Below, piece by piece: positions 1-16,912 of a DNA stretch of 64,000 nucleotides. The stretch is from the NCBI GenBank assembly GCA_026936335.1, contig JAPMXV010000058.1, positions 248,001-312,000 on the forward strand, given 5' to 3'. This stretch comes from Mantamonas sphyraenae STR306. Its lineage: Eukaryota; Protista; CRuMs. Each line of letters begins with the position of its first letter. Positions within the stretch are counted from its first letter, which is position 1. The notes beneath the pieces were generated by a model, which was given only the letters and a program-made list of their open reading frames with translations, had not been told where the DNA came from and searched no databases. The position numbers and the translations under genes are program-made.

Positions 1-1888
1 ATTCGACCGGGAAGCGCGGGTCACTGGCGCAGTGCGCTATTGTGGTGATTGTCAAGCGTATTCGCTTGCTAGGGAGATCACGGCAGACGAAAGTGAACAC
101 CACGACGGCTCGCGAGACACGCCGGTGTCATCCTACGGAGGCAGCTCAGGGTGGTGGAGAAGCAGCAGTAGCAGCAGCAGCAGCAGCAGTAGCAACAGGT
201 TCGGCAGCAGGAAGGAGGGGGATGAGGAGGAAGACGGGAAGAAAACGGGGGAGCACAAACAGAGGAAACCGCGCACGTTTGGTGATGTGTGGCATGGTCA
301 GCTGACCCGGCTGGTGGTGGATCGATACCATCCAAAGCTGAAGGACATTGCGTTGACATACAACATGGAATGTGGCCTGGGCCAGGTGATGGGCTTCACG
401 ACCGAGGCAACCAACCTGTTGGTGGGGCTGGAGGAGGTAATGCCCGTGCGCACAGAGACCAACAACTTTCGGGAGTGCAAAGGGGGATTTGTGAAGCAGT
501 CGCCTGTGAGTGTGGGACGCACGCTGGTGCGACTGGATGGGATGCGGCACGACAAGAAGCTGTTTCCACGCATCATCCATGTGATCCACAGGGACCCCGG
601 ACGCTACTCCCACTTTGTGCCCAAACCCTTGCGTCCGCTGGCCTACGTGGTGGGTCGTTCCATGTTTGAAACGGATCGAATCCCCAGCGACTGGCCAGAC
701 AAGTGCAACGACAAGGCGGTGCGCGAGATTTGGGTGCCCTCCAAATTCAACGTGCGTACCTTTAGTGGCTCAGGCGTGGAGGCTGGCAAGCTGGACACGT
801 TTCCCGAGTCGGTGGACGTGCACCACTTTGATCCGGCGACGGTGGAGCCGCTACCGATTGCCCACCGCGCCGGGTTCAACTTTCTGTCCATGTTCAAGTG
901 GGAAGAGCGCAAGGGATGGCCGGAACTGCTGCGTGCGTACTTTGATGCCTTTTCCGTGGACGACGACGTGGCATTGATCATTCGCAGCAAGGTGGACAGC
1001 GAGAATCAGGCCAAGCTGAACCGATTCGTGCGTGCATACTGCAGCGAACGGGCCAGCGCCTCGCACGAACGCGGCGGTGGCAGTAACAAGGAGGCACGTG
1101 CGCGGGTGGAGGCCCGTTTGCCCCGACTGGTATTTATGAAGGAGGTGGTCCCGTTTGCCAAGCTGCCTGCGTTGTACAAGGCGGTGGACGCCTTTGTCCT
1201 TGCCACCCACGGTGAAGGCTGGGGCTTGCCTTTGATGGAGGCCATGGCAATGGAGCTGCCTGTGCTGGCCACAGACTGGAGCGGCAACACCGAGTTTATG
1301 ACCGCGACGACGTCGTACCCCGTGCCAATCAGTGGCCTGATCAAGGGACCCATCAAGAAGCACAAATGGGCGCAGGTCTCTGTAAGAGAGCTGACAAAGA
1401 CGATGCAGCGGGTGTACATGCAGCGTGGAGAGGCACGGGAGGTCGGACGGCGGGCACGCGCGCATGTGGTCGCACACTACAGCCAGGAACAGGTCACACG
1501 GCAGTTGGTGGACAAGTTGGTGCGCATTGTGGACAACAAAGAGGCATGGGCCGAGCTGGAGGCCAGTGCGGTCAAGCGCGAAGCGGAACGCAAGGAGGCT
1601 GCTGACAAGAGCAGCAGGAGACGATTCGATGCCAGCAAGCTGTACAGGCGGCGCAACGCGGGGATGGGCATGTCATCAACGGGTGGGGCGGGTGCGCGTG
1701 GACGCAACAGCTTCTACGAGGCGATGCAAAAGGCAAGGCAGCAGAAGAAGGAGCAGGAGGAGGAAAAAGCAAAGGAAGCAACGATGGCTCCGCATCAGAC
1801 ACCGAGACAGGCGGGCATTCAACCACGCGCAACCACAGGATCAGAGAAAAGCGGCCGCGAGACAAAGACGCGGATGAACATTCATTAA
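1..1888 (+). CDS. Glycosyltransferase family 4 (GT-B fold), 5'-truncated by the window edge
   Basis: Frame is open from the window edge. Contains YKAVDAFVLATHGEGWGLPLMEAMAMELPVLATDWSG (EX7E motif of Glycos_transf_1) and FKWEERKGW. Confidence 0.85.
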   Translation, partial: FDREARVTGAVRYCGDCQAYSLAREITADESEHHDGSRDTPVSSYGGSSGWWRSSSSSSSSSSSNRFGSRKEGDEEEDGKKTGEHKQRKPRTFGDVWHGQLTRLVVDRYHPKLKDIALTYNMECGLGQVMGFTTEATNLLVGLEEVMPVRTETNNFRECKGGFVKQSPVSVGRTLVRLDGMRHDKKLFPRIIHVIHRDPGRYSHFVPKPLRPLAYVVGRSMFETDRIPSDWPDKCNDKAVREIWVPSKFNVRTFSGSGVEAGKLDTFPESVDVHHFDPATVEPLPIAHRAGFNFLSMFKWEERKGWPELLRAYFDAFSVDDDVALIIRSKVDSENQAKLNRFVRAYCSERASASHERGGGSNKEARARVEARLPRLVFMKEVVPFAKLPALYKAVDAFVLATHGEGWGLPLMEAMAMELPVLATDWSGNTEFMTATTSYPVPISGLIKGPIKKHKWAQVSVRELTKTMQRVYMQRGEAREVGRRARAHVVAHYSQEQVTRQLVDKLVRIVDNKEAWAELEASAVKREAERKEAADKSSRRRFDASKLYRRRNAGMGMSSTGGAGARGRNSFYEAMQKARQQKKEQEEEKAKEATMAPHQTPRQAGIQPRATTGSEKSGRETKTRMNIH

Positions 1889-4800
1889 ACGAGGTCGCGC
1901 ACACTGTCCATCTGGGCTTGCACGTCGTCCTGTGCCGCTCCACAGTATTTGGAGACGTACTTGACAAGGGGAGTGTCCTTGAGGGCTGCCTGTGGTGCAG
2001 TCTTGATGAGGTTGAGGACGGTGCGTGGTTCGACGCCGTAGCCGCGTTCCATCTGGGCCTTGAGAGTGGCCAGCAGCGTCTCTGCAGCGTCTCCAGCCTC
2101 CTCCTCACGGTGAAACACATAATCGCAAACGTGAAAGTACATGCGACGACGAGCATCGACGGAGCGAGCGTCACCGTCGCTGGTGTTGGTCTCGTGAGGG
2201 CTTTGCTCCGCATGGGCCCACAGGACGTCCAGCACACGTCGTTCTCGCCGCTCCTCGATGCGAACCTCCAAATCACGCTTGAGCTTTGTCTGCGAGGCGA
2301 CGTAGCGCTGTTCCAGACGTTCCACCATGCGATGGACGTCCTTTTCGTTGGCGTCCTTCTCCTGGGCCTCCTTTGCATCCATGGCCTCCAGCTGGATCTG
2401 CATCTCGTCGTGGACCAACTGTGGCATGTCTTGTTTCCACGCGGAAGCCTCCTCTTGTGCCGAACGCTTGCTTTGTCGCTTGAGGGCACTTTTCTCCGCA
2501 GAGCGCACCAGGGAAGCGTAGGGCGGGAACAACTCGTCGTTGATCTGCTTCTCGGACTTGTTGGTGTGCAGCAAGTGACCCATCTTGGCCATGGAGCGTC
2601 GTTGGTTGCTCAGACGGATCTCATCACGCAACAGCTTGCTGCTGATCTTGCTGCTGCTCTTGGCATTGGCATTGGGTGTGCGTTCCTGGCTCTTGACCAG
2701 CACCTGGGCCTGGTAAAGTGTGGATGCAGCCAAGTCCGAATCGGGTGTGCGTTGCTTGCTTCTCTTGCTTCTCTTGCTCCTCTTCTTGCTTGTGCTGGTG
2801 GACGGAGTGGAGATCGTGGACGACGACGACGACGATGCCGGTGTGCTGGGACTTGCGTTGGTGGAGCTGGAGCGACCGATGGGGCGCAAGTGATGGTTGC
2901 GACCCGGCGAGAGGGCGCCTGGCGAAGCGGGGGAGGAGACGTCGCTGAGGGGAGAGGATGCGCCAAGGCGTACGCTGATGACAGGGGGTGTGCCGCTGCT
3001 GCCGCTGCTGCCGTGTTCGCCTGTGTGAGATGTGCTGGTGGTACTTGTGGAATCGCCTTGTCGTTCTTCGTGGTGTTTGTACATGGCAAGGAGCTGTGCC
3101 GTGCGTTCGTGCTCCTCCTTGAGGGCAGCGTATTTTCGCTGGAGTTTCGTCAGCTTGCGTGTGTTTGTGCTCCGTTCCTGGTCACCCAGCTGCACCTTGT
3201 GGTGCCATGCATCGATCAGCTGTTGAAGTTGATCGGCACACTCGTCCAGTGCCAGCTGAGGCTTGTGTGCTTCGTGGGCAAGGATTTGGCGCACCAATTC
3301 CACCCGCTTTTCCTGTGTGCGTAGGCTGTGGTTGGCCTCACGCAGCTGACGCATGCGTGTCTCATTGCGCACCTCCAGTTGCTTCATCTTGGCCACCATC
3401 CTGCGCTCCTCCTCTTCCTTGCGCCGGATCAGAAACTTGAGGTCTTCGATTGTGGTCTTTAGGGCCGCCTTGGACTCTCTCTTCATCACTGCTTTGACCA
3501 CAGAGGACATGGATGTCAATTTGCTTGTGTTGTTGCTGCTGTTCCCGGTGCTGATCTGCTGCTGCTGGGGTGATGCATCCGACGAGTGGTCGTCGTCGTC
3601 GTCGTCGTCGTCGTCGCTCACTGCATACTTGTTGCCTGCCACCTTGCGTTTCTGTTTCTGCTTGTGTCTTTCCTTGCGCACGCGTGCGTTGGTGTGTTTC
3701 ACATTCGCTTCCACAGGCTCTTCGGTTAGCAAGCCCGTGCTGCGGCTGAGGTAGGTTTCCTTTACCCGTGCGTATCGTTCATCGTCTGCGTGTCGCTGCA
3801 CCACCGCCTCTGCGTACCGCTTGCGTTGCTGTCGCATGCGTGCCACAGCTTGGATGCGTGTGGCTGCACGGTGCCGCCGTGCCTCTTCCTGCGCCTTTTT
3901 CCTGCGCACCGCGGCCTGGATCCGTTTCGCCGCCCGCTCTCTCTCCACCCTGCGCTTTGCACGCACCACACGCACCATACACTGCAGTGTCAATGCCGCA
4001 CGCTGCCTTGTGTACTCCTGTCTTGCCTGGTGACCACGCACCACGGCCTGCATGGCCATGACTGCGCGCAGCTCCCTGTACTTCCGTCGCTGCTGCCTGC
4101 CACGTTCCACCGCTTGGATTCGCACAGCACTCTGCGTGCGTCGCTGCTGCTGTAGCGTGTTGATGAGCACGCACATGGCGTTGGATGACCTTTGCTGAGT
4201 GGTGGGTGCGCAGTTCCTGTGCTCGGTTGAGTCTTTGCACACGACATGCCTGGACAAACACACGCACACGGTGTTGGATGAGCACAGCGGCAGCCACACG
4301 TCGTTGGGCGTCCAGGCGAGCGTGTATCAGTTCCATGGTTGCCACAGGCTCAGCCTGCAGCAAACGCGTACGCCACGCAGGCTCGTCGGGGTCGCTGTAG
4401 TACCGAAGTGCATCGCGGAATGCGTCCGGATGCGATGAATGGGCGTGTTTCAACGCATGCAGGCCATGCATGGCATGGTACATTGGTGTCAAGCCCAGCA
4501 CGTCGCGAGCTGTGGGCGAGGCGCCGTTCTCCAACAGCAACGTTGCCGTCTGGGGCATGCACGCGGGTGTCACATGTGCGATGGAGATACGAGAAAGGGA
4601 TATGTTGGATACCACGGCGTGTGTATGACTCACCTCGACGTTGCCAAACGCGCAGGCAAGATGCAAGGGCTGGAGCCCTGCTGCGTCTGGCAGAGCAACA
4701 GCTTCTGCGGCGTCTCCAGCGTCGTCCAGGCGTTTCAACAGCCAGGAAGCAGCTTCCGTGTTTGCGTATGCACATGCATAGTGGAGCGGGGTGGCACCCC

Positions 4801-5247
4801 AGGCGTCATCGACCATCCAGTCTGCGTCTGCGTCCAAACTCTGCACGGCCTCCAGAGCCGCCGCACCGTTTGGCGCCATACTCGCTATGGGTGCAGCAGT
4901 GGGAGTCGTGTGAGCAACTCAACCAACACACAGACATAGACACAGGCACACACACACACACACACACACGGGCGCAGGTGGCAACAAGGCAACAACGCAC
5001 CTTTGTGGACGGTCGTGCGTTCGAGGGCATCCTCTGCCTCCAGTGCAGCTCCAGCGTCGACCAGGGCTCGGACAACGGTGACGAGGCCACACTGCGCGGC
5101 AAGATGCAACAGGGGGCCCGATGCATCCACAGACGAGTCTGGACAGTAGTTTATGTCGACCACGCCGTCACGGATCAGAGCCATGGCTGTGTCCGCGTCG
5201 TGGCGTGCGATGGCGGTTCGCAACGCTCGTTGCAGCTCCAGTTCCAT
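1885..5247 (-). CDS. Ankyrin-repeat + multiple IQ-motif + coiled-coil protein (spliced; frame break near 4160)
   Basis: Ankyrin motifs (LLHLAAQCG, GATPLHYAC, GLQPLHLAC) and repeated IQ motifs (IQAVERG, MQAVVRG, IQAAVR, IQAVAR). GT-AG intron 4885-5000, in-frame intron ~4550-4634, ATG at 5247. Confidence 0.7.
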
Positions 5248-5303
5248 TTGCGGGCTGTGTTGGTTTGGATCGGTGAGGGCATGTGCGAGCCCCAGTATTG
5301 TAT

Positions 5304-7165
5304 TTAACACTTCCAAATGCGGCACGTGTTGTCCTTGGAACCAGTGATGATTGTGTCGCCCGAGTAGTTAAAGGCGCAGGAAAACACCTCGTCCTTGTGG
5401 CCCTCAAGGTTGTGCACTTCGGTGCCCTCTTCGGCATCCCACAGCTTGCAGGTACAGTCTGAACTGGCAGTGAGGATGCGAGTGCCCTGTGGGTTAAAGA
5501 CAGCGCGCGAGACCTCGCCCTGATGACCCTCAAGACGGCACACCTCGCGGCAGGTCATGGTGTTGTACACGATGGCGGTGCAGTCTGCAGACGCAGTGAC
5601 GATGCGAGAACCAGTGAAGTTGAAGCTGACGTCGAGGATTTCGTCTGTGTGGCCCTTGAGGGTGGCCACACACTCGCCCGAGTTGACTTCCCACACGCGG
5701 CAGGTGCGGTCGATGGAGGCTGTGATGCACAGGTCGCTGGCATAGTTGAACTTGACACTGCTGATTTCGCCACGATGGCCCTCGAGGACAGCGAGGCACT
5801 CACCCGAGTTGGCGTCCCACAGGCGTGCCGTTTGGTCGAAGCTGCCAGTGACAATGAGGTCCCCCGTGGTGTTGAAGGACAGGCTGACGATCTCCGCCGT
5901 GTGTCCCTCCAGGGTGCAGATCTCCTCGCCCGTTTCCACGTCCCACAGCTTGGCCAGATGATCCATGGAGCCCGTGGCGACGATGGTGCTCTGCGGGTTG
6001 AAGTCGACACAGACAATTTCAGAGGTGTGGCCACGCAGCGTGCACAGCTCCTTGCCATTGTGCGAGTTCCACAGCTTGGCTGTCTTGTCGAAGCTGCCCG
6101 TGACAATCTTGTCCCCGTACGGGTTGTTGAACGCCAGTGCGTACACGACGTTCTTGTGGCCCTCGAGCGAAAAGATCTCCTCGCCCGTGTAGGTGTCAAA
6201 CACCTTGCAGGTGCGGTCATAGCTGCCAGTAATGAAGCTACATGGGGGGTGGGTTTGGGGGGGGGGGGGAGCGAGAGGAGGGGAAGTGCAGGAGGGTGTT
6301 TGTGAGCGGGGAACCGGGAGTGCTGGGCATCGACGAGGGAAGAGGGCAACGTACCGGTCGCCACTCTTGTTGAATGCACAGTTGGTGAGAGGCAGGATGT
6401 GGGCCTTGAGGGTGCGGAAGTGGTAAAAGTGATGTGACTCGGTGCCCTCCAGCTTCTCCAAAAGTTCTGGTGCAGTCGGCAAAGGGCAGGAACACGAGAG
6501 GGGACATTCCGTTGTGAGTTGCGGCGTGAAAGGCGCACACGGGGGAACCAGACAGGGCACAGGGCATTGGACAGAGACTAGCAGTGCATACACAGTACAT
6601 GGAATACAGGGATGGGGAGCAAAGGAGGCGAAGGTGGAAGGGCAGGGCAAGCGGGGAAGATGTTGGGAGGTGGGCAACGGCCTTCGGCGCGCGAAACGCA
6701 CTGTAAATAAGTTTGCGCACTTGAGGCTTGCGGCTCTCGCTGATGAGGGATTCTTGGCGGACAATCTGGTTGAGAAGGACCTCGACGTCGGTGCTGTGCG
6801 CGTGTCAGTGCGAAGGGGTGGGAGAGGCGTGCAGGCGGGCGCGGCAAGGGTGATCGCGAGTGAGCGAAGCGTCCACTTGGGTTGGGCTCGGCACACGTGG
6901 AGAAAGGCATGCACATACTCCGGATTAAGGGTGAGCAGGTCGATGCTACGATTGCGCATCTCTCCACTGGCCTCGTATTCGAGGATAATGCCAGGCGGGT
7001 AGTACCGGAGCAAAAAGCGCTTGAGTTTCCTGCGTTGCACATGGCGAAGGGGGTGTGTGAGTGCGCAATGGAGTGACGAGAATCCAAACAACGAGGACAT
7101 CGCGTGTGTGTTTGTGTGTGTGTGTTGGGAGGGGGGTGGGCAAATTGGTGGGCTCTTCTGTACAT
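5304..7165 (-). CDS. DAW1: Dynein assembly factor with WD repeats (ODA16/WDR69)
   Basis: N-terminal [19 protein letters not shown]...SIDLL, then [29 protein letters not shown] and WD40 repeats ending [11 protein letters not shown]. Several GT-AG introns. Start is inferred as a split AT|G. Confidence 0.93.
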
Positions 7166-7227
7166 TGTGTGCTTCGTTCGGGTTGGTTCGCTGGGAGCAG
7201 AGGCGCAGAGGCGCGCTGGGGGATGCA

Positions 7228-9283
<2,056 letters not shown>

Positions 9284-9345
9284 CCTGTGGGCGATGTGTG
9301 CGAGGAAGCGGCCACAGCAACAACCGAGGAGAAAAAACAGGGGGA

Positions 9346-11696
9346 ATGAAACACCGTCAAACCAGATTGCGCGTAGGCTTGCTGCTGGTGATGCTGATTT
9401 GCAGCAGCGTCAGCAGTGCGTCGCAGATGGGAAAAGGGATGCGTGGCAGCAGTGTGGAGTATGTGAACACTCTGATTGGGACGGGAGGGCTGGCGGCAGG
9501 GATTGGGTCCACGCCACCCGGGGCGCAGTACCCGTTTCCTGGCATGCGGCTGTCGCCAGACACGAGTGACGTGGTGTGGGTTCCATGGAGACACTTTGGA
9601 GGGTACTACTACGGCGATCCGTACGTGCGGTGTGTGTCGCACACACACATGCAAGGCAGCGGGGCGAACGACCTGGAGCGATTGGCGTGATGCCGCTGCA
9701 GGCAACGCAGGTTGGCGCAGAAACCCTGTTCAACTACGGCTACAAGAGCAGGTTCACACATGACAAGGAAGAGACCGCGCCAGGGTACTACGGGGTGTCG
9801 CTGTTGGACAGTGGCATCGAGCTGGAGCTTGCGGCGGCAGGCAAGTTGAGCGGGGTGCACCGGTGGACGTTCCCAGCCAGCAACGGCAGCGTGCACAACA
9901 CGGTGGTGTTCAACATGGGCCACTCTACGGCGCCAAACAAGGGCACGAGTGGCACAAAGAACGGCATTGTGAGCTACTCACCGGACGGGTACGAGGTGAG
10001 CGGGCAGGTGACCATGGACGGCTCGCTGTCGCAGCGCTTCGGCACGCTGGTGACGTACTTCTACGCACGGCTCAACAGGCGCATTGTGAGCGAATGCAGC
10101 GGGACATGGGTGGAAGGAGACAAGGTGCAGCCGCAGGTGTCGTTTGTGCAGGGCCATGAGGTGGGTGCGTACGTGTGCCTGGAGGGCAGCGGCGCAGCAG
10201 ACACTGTGGAGATGGCTGTGGCCATCAGCACCATCAGCGTGGATATGGCTGAGCAGAATCTGGCAGCCGAACTGGCCAGTTCGGGTGTGGATGAGTCCAT
10301 GGCAAGGAGCGGGCCTTGGTTTGATGCAGCTCGCACAGCTGCGTCGAAGGTGTGGCAGAATGCGCTGGATGTGGTCAGTGTGCAGGACTCTCAGGCGTCG
10401 CATGACGACCTGGTCAAGCTCTACTCGGGCCTGTACCACTCGTTCAGTGCACCGTCGACGTACAGCGAGACGGGCGGACGCTACCTGGGATTTGACAACA
10501 AGGTGCACACGCTGACGGGCGGGCAGCAGACGTGGATGAGTGACATGAGCATTTGGGACATCCATCGTTCGCAAGTGTCATTGCTTGCGCTGTTGCAACC
10601 GCAGGTGGCGTTGGATGTGGCACGCAGCCTTGTGGAGATGGCGCAGCAGGGCGGGTACATGCCTCGCTGGCCCATGGCCAACGGGTACACCAACTGCATG
10701 GTGGGCAACCACGCAAACGTGGTGCTGGCAGACATTTGGGCGCGTGGTCTGCGTGATTTCTCGCTGAAGGATGCGTACCCGTCGATGCGGGACGCGGCGA
10801 TGAACGACGTGCCACACGCAGGACGGGCTGACGTCGCGGACTACATCAAACTCGGCTACGTGCCGGTGGAGTCGGAAACACGGGGAGCAGCACTGACGCT
10901 TGCGTATGCGTTTGACGACGGGGCACTGGCGTACATTGCGTCGCAGCTCAACGAGACGGCGGACGAGGCGCTGTTCCGCAACCGTTCGCGGAACTACCGC
11001 AACGTGTGGGAACCGAAGAGCAAGTTCTTCTGCCCACGAAAGCGGGATGGCACGTTTACATGCCCGGCCCTGGACGACGACATCATGGACAAGTACTACA
11101 CGGAGGGCAACGCATGGCAGTACCGCTGGTTTGTGCCGCACGACGTGCCGGGCCTGATCGAACTGTTTGGCAGCGAGCAGGAGTTTGTGGACAACCTGTC
11201 GTACTTTATGCTGCGCAGCCAGGACTTTCCCAGCACGGCGGTGCCCAACCCGTTCTACTGGGCGGGCAACGAACCGGATCTGCTGGCGCCGTGGATGTTC
11301 AACTTTGCCAAGAACGCGTCGCACTACACGCAGCAGTACGCTCGCTGGCAGGCAGACAACGTGTACAACGCCCAGGCGGACGGGATCCCGGGCAACGACG
11401 ACTATGGCGAACTCAGCAGCTGGCTTGTCTGCGCCTACCTGGGACTCTACCCGCTGGCCGGCACGGACAAGTGGTTTGTGACGTCGCCCAAGTTTGAGCA
11501 GGTGACCATGCAGCTGGCAGGCGGCAAGACGCTGCAGGTGATCGGGCATGGTGCCAGCACGCCAGGCAATGTGCTCATCAAGCGCGCGGAGATCAACGGG
11601 GTCCCGATGAGCCTGGACAACCTGTTTGTCGCCCACGGCGATCTGTTGGTTGGACAAGCCAAACTGGAGATGTGGTTGGGGCCCCTGAGTGAGTGA
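9346..11696 (+). CDS. Secreted glycoside hydrolase family 92 (alpha-1,2-mannosidase); intronless; 1-nt frame break near 9675
   Basis: Signal-peptide-like N-terminus; YVNTLIGTGG, PGAQYPF, LSPDT, SHTH, SIWDIHR, YTEGNAWQY, GNEP, PGNDDYGELSSW match GH92 motifs. Confidence 0.9.
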
Positions 11697-11710
11697 GTGA
11701 GTGAGTGAGT
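11687..11710 (+). repeat. (GAGT)n tetranucleotide microsatellite spanning the GH92 stop codon
   Basis: tgagtgagtgagtgagtgagtgagt is visible in the sequence. Confidence 0.8.
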
Positions 11711-11964
11711 GATGAATGCGAGTGGGGGAGGTGTCGGAAAAAAAAGGTTTGCTCGATGATGAAGTTTTAAGGTGGATCGTGCCACCAGACTCATCCTTGT
11801 CGAGGGAGACGGCTAAACATCTCTCCTTTGTTCGACTGCACGGTTGTTGAGAAATACAGATGGGGTCAACAGAACAAGGACCGAGTGGACGTGGGTATCC
11901 TGCGCGCTTGCGACCACGGCGGATTTCTTGACGCTTCCTCGTTCGCACAATTGTTTCAAAAACG

Positions 11965-13290
11965 ATGACGAGCATTCACTGTGCAGCGTGCAAGCTTGCA
12001 GACGAGGTACGTGTGCACAGCTTGTGTGCACAGAGAGTGTGGTGTGTGCATTGCGTGGGTCGCACTTTCCGTTTCGAGTTTGCTCGAAACGGCGGCGGCG
12101 TTCCTGAGAGAAAGGCGTGTTCGCTCACCCCGCGTTTTCCACATCCGCGGCCCGCACAGGAGATTGAGCTGCTCAAGCGACGCATCGACAGACAGAACAA
12201 ACACATCAACGAACAGACGAATGCCCTGAGCTCGCTGCAGATGCAGCACGATCAGCGTGAGTGTGGATTTGGGGCCGCGTGGATGATGCCAAGCAAATCG
12301 CACCGGGTTTTCGTCGCTCGTTTTTGTTGAGTTTTACCCTGTTCTCACAACACGCGCATGGCCAGTGAAAGCCAAGATGACTGAACGAAGCAACCTGATC
12401 CTGAGGGCTCACTCAAAGACGAGTGTGGCAAACAAAGAGCTGAATGGCGTGTAAGTGGGGGCGGCGGAAAGGCGTGTGGTTTTCACACGTTTTCCCTTGT
12501 TTGGTCGCTGACGTGGACGGCGCCCAACAGCGTGGACACGCTGCAGATTGAAAATCGGCGGCTGAAATCACAACTATTGGACATGGAGAGCAGGCTGAGA
12601 CAGCTTGTGGCTCGCAGCAGTGCCGAACGGTTGGATTCGGTGCGGCGCAGCGAAGCGGCCACCGAAAAGTGGCTCGCGGAAGTCGTGGTGGGCAACCATC
12701 GAGTGGAGCAGTTGCAACAAGAGGAGCGCTCCCTCAAGCTGTTGTCTGACGTTCAAATGCCCGATGTGGCTTCTGACAGCACCCCCAAACTGCCGGTCGA
12801 GCAGGAGGAGGGCGGGCAGTCACCACGCGATTTTGTGGGCCAGGACTGCGTCGATTCGGGCGAGCAAGCTCCCGCGCACCAGGACGGTGAGGAATCGAAC
12901 GATGATGACGACGCACAGTCGCAAGACTCGAGCCGATCGCGGCGCAGCGTGCGTTCCATCGTGTACAAGGAGCCATCGTTGCGTAGCAAGCTGCGCAAGG
13001 GGGACGTCTTTTTCGTCGAGAGGAGCGCAGAGAACCTTCGCGAAAACCAGGCTGCAGGCAGCTCTGGACAGCAAGGCGAGGACAACACAGTCACGTCGGG
13101 CACGCAAGAGACGTCCGAGTCCAAGAAGAAGCCGTCTGTATTTCGCGTGGGCCGTCCGTCGTCGTCTTCGTCGGCGGCGCAGGCAGGCGCGCAGCGGAGG
13201 ATTGTGCGTCGCAAAAGCCGAGACAACGACACGGAACAAAGCCGCAAGGGAAGAGCAAAGTCATTGGGAGCCACATTGCGCCTGCATTAG
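11965..13290 (+). CDS. Shugoshin-like centromeric protector (N-terminal coiled coil + SGO basic motif), 3 introns
   Basis: RSRRSVRSIVYKEPSLRSKLRKGD matches the shugoshin C-terminal motif. The N-terminal coiled coil can be assembled across gtacgt/gtgagt/gtaagt introns. Confidence 0.75.
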
Positions 13291-13292
13291 GT

Positions 13293-14655
13293 CTATTGGG
13301 CGCCGCCTGCGCCGCCTGCGCCACCTGCACCACCCATAAACGCGCTCATCATCGACTGCATCAGTTCTGGGTTGCTCATGACGTTTTGTGCCATGCTTGC
13401 AATTTGCGGGTTGTTCATGAGCGAGGAGAGGTCAGGTTGGCCCGAACCATCGCCTGCTCCAGGGAACCCACCTGGTGCGCCTCCTCCTCCAGCGCCGCCC
13501 ATCATGCTCATGATGTTGTTCATGGCGTCTGGGTTGCTCATGATGTTCTGCGCCATGCCGGCGAGGGCAGGGTTGTTCATGAGGGCCGAGAGGTCTGGCT
13601 GGCCAGCCTGTGCGCCACCTTGTTGCTGTTGCAGCTTCTGTTGGGCCTTCTGAAGACCCTCCTTGAGCGAGGCCAGGTCTGGGTTGACTTGCAAACCGGG
13701 CGTGTACGCCTCGTCGATTGCCGCCTGGTATTCGCCACGCAGAGACAGACACAGACCGAGACGAGAGTAGGCCTTGGCGTAGGAAGGATCCACACGGATG
13801 CTTGCGCGTGCGTCTGCCTCTGCCTTGGCCAGCGCCTCATCGTCGCCGTCCCGCTGGTACAAGGCCGTGTACGCCGCTGCTCGGTTGGCATGGAACACAG
13901 CGTCTGTGTACGTGCGCACTGCCTTGCTGTACTCTTCCACAGCCGTTTCAAACTCGCCTGCCCCCAGTGCTGCGTTGCCCTTGGCCTTGTATTCCGTGGC
14001 GAGTTCCTTGCGTCGTTCTTCGCTCTCATTCGCGTGCAGCGGGCTCTCCTCTGACTGGCTGCTCTTGTCACTTCCGTACTGCTGCTCATACTTTGCCCGC
14101 GCCTTTTCCAACCGCTCCGCATACTCTGTGTGGCATGCGCATGCGTGCGTCCGCAACTGGTCAGCCGTGCATTTTCCCCGTCGACCCTTCCGCCTTCCGG
14201 CGTCGCCTCCCACCGTCCTCTCCAAACCTACCCTGGCTTCCTTCTTCCGTGCCTGCAAAGTATCCCCCGTTTTCCAGCAGCTTCAAGAAGCCAGCAAACC
14301 GTGCATCCTCGTCTTGGGCCGATTTGGTGGACGCTGACGCCGACGCTTCCGACGCCGCCGCAGCCGCCGCCTTCTCCTTCTCCTTCTCCTTCAGTGCCAC
14401 GCGCAGTTTGGCTGTGCCCACCAGAAACGCCTGCTCCAAGCGGATGGGACGCACCGAGTATTCGCGCATGCTCGACTCGTCCTCCAGGTCCAGGCCGTAC
14501 GCATCGGCCAGACATTGGATGGCTACCTGCAGGCCACTTTCCTTCTCCTCGTCCCCAGCCTGTGCATACTCCTCCAGTTGCTCAATCATGGCCACGGCCA
14601 AGCGCTTTTCCGTGTTTTCACGGTCTGCCGAGTCTCCAGCTGCGGTGGTGGACAT
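13293..14655 (-). CDS. SGTA: Small glutamine-rich TPR co-chaperone (SGTA/Sgt2)
   Basis: N-terminal dimerisation motif (ESGLQVAIQCLADAYGL), three TPRs (YKAKGNAAL, ANRAAAY, DPSYAKAYSRLG), C-terminal LMNNP repeats; one intron. Confidence 0.88.
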
Positions 14656-14816
14656 GTGTGTGGGTAGTTGTGGTGGTGAACATTGTGCGTTTGTTTTCCT
14701 CTGAAGCTCCTGATCCTGATCGTACTTCTGCACTTGCGCTGATTATGTTTCGCTTGGGTTCGGTGTGTGTGATTACAGGCTATGGGTGTGTGGTGCTATT
14801 CAGCTTCTTCAGTCGC

Positions 14817-16912
<2,096 letters not shown>

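Noticed and set aside
1918-3324. Long antisense or overlapping ORFs (also 10578-11975, 18672-20363, 32894-34714, 56635-58140)
   Set aside because: Shadow ORFs opposite recognisable genes in GC-rich DNA, with no domain motifs.
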